NCBI GenBank assembly: GCA_964658305.1
Contig: OZ210885.1
Location: 7,874,001-7,938,000, forward strand
Origin: Leptogorgia sarmentosa
Taxonomy: Eukaryota
Reading direction: 5' to 3'
DNA length: 64,000 nt
In this document: positions 63,963-64,000 of the stretch, one piece after another
Position numbering within the stretch: position 1 is the stretch's first letter
Layout: each line of letters begins with the position of its first letter
Position numbers and translations under genes: made by a program
Notes under the pieces: generated by a model
Told to the model about the DNA's origin: nothing
The model's input: only the letters and a program-made list of their open reading frames with translations
The model's database searches: none

Positions 63963-64000
63963 TATAGTTTGTCTTAAATCTTGCATGAGAATCCATTCCA

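Overview
AT-rich, intron-containing animal DNA, probably from a marine invertebrate such as an anthozoan cnidarian (inferred from the repeat and gene families, not shown). The most interesting feature is a pair of head-to-tail, minus-strand STAND/NLR-like gene segments. On the left are an exon for a HEPN-like domain with an intact RxxxxH motif (7336-7921), an exon with about 37 His/Gln-rich heptads (3803-4772) and an NB-ARC P-loop exon (808-1145) that continues off the window. The heptad exon splices in frame to the NB-ARC exon. The HEPN exon does not join either nearby acceptor in frame, so it may be a separate adjacent gene. On the right are the four 3' exons of a WD40-repeat gene (59862 to 44642) whose C-terminus resembles that of APAF-1-like NB-ARC-WD40 proteins. 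Between them lie two shuffled clusters of mixed-isotype tRNA genes and pseudogenes (about 13.4-17.6 kb and 37.3-40.4 kb, 11 loci each), a duplicated intron-containing HOOK gene fragment and many transposon relics. These include Tc1/mariner, Mutator-, P-, Kolobok-, CACTA- and PHIS-like elements, CR1/L2-type LINE pieces, a DIRS/Ngaro recombinase fragment and a Penelope end with hammerhead motifs. A 200-N gap is flanked by an apparently identical 1.9-kb duplication that is probably an assembly artefact. All family assignments come from reading motifs by eye; no searches were run.
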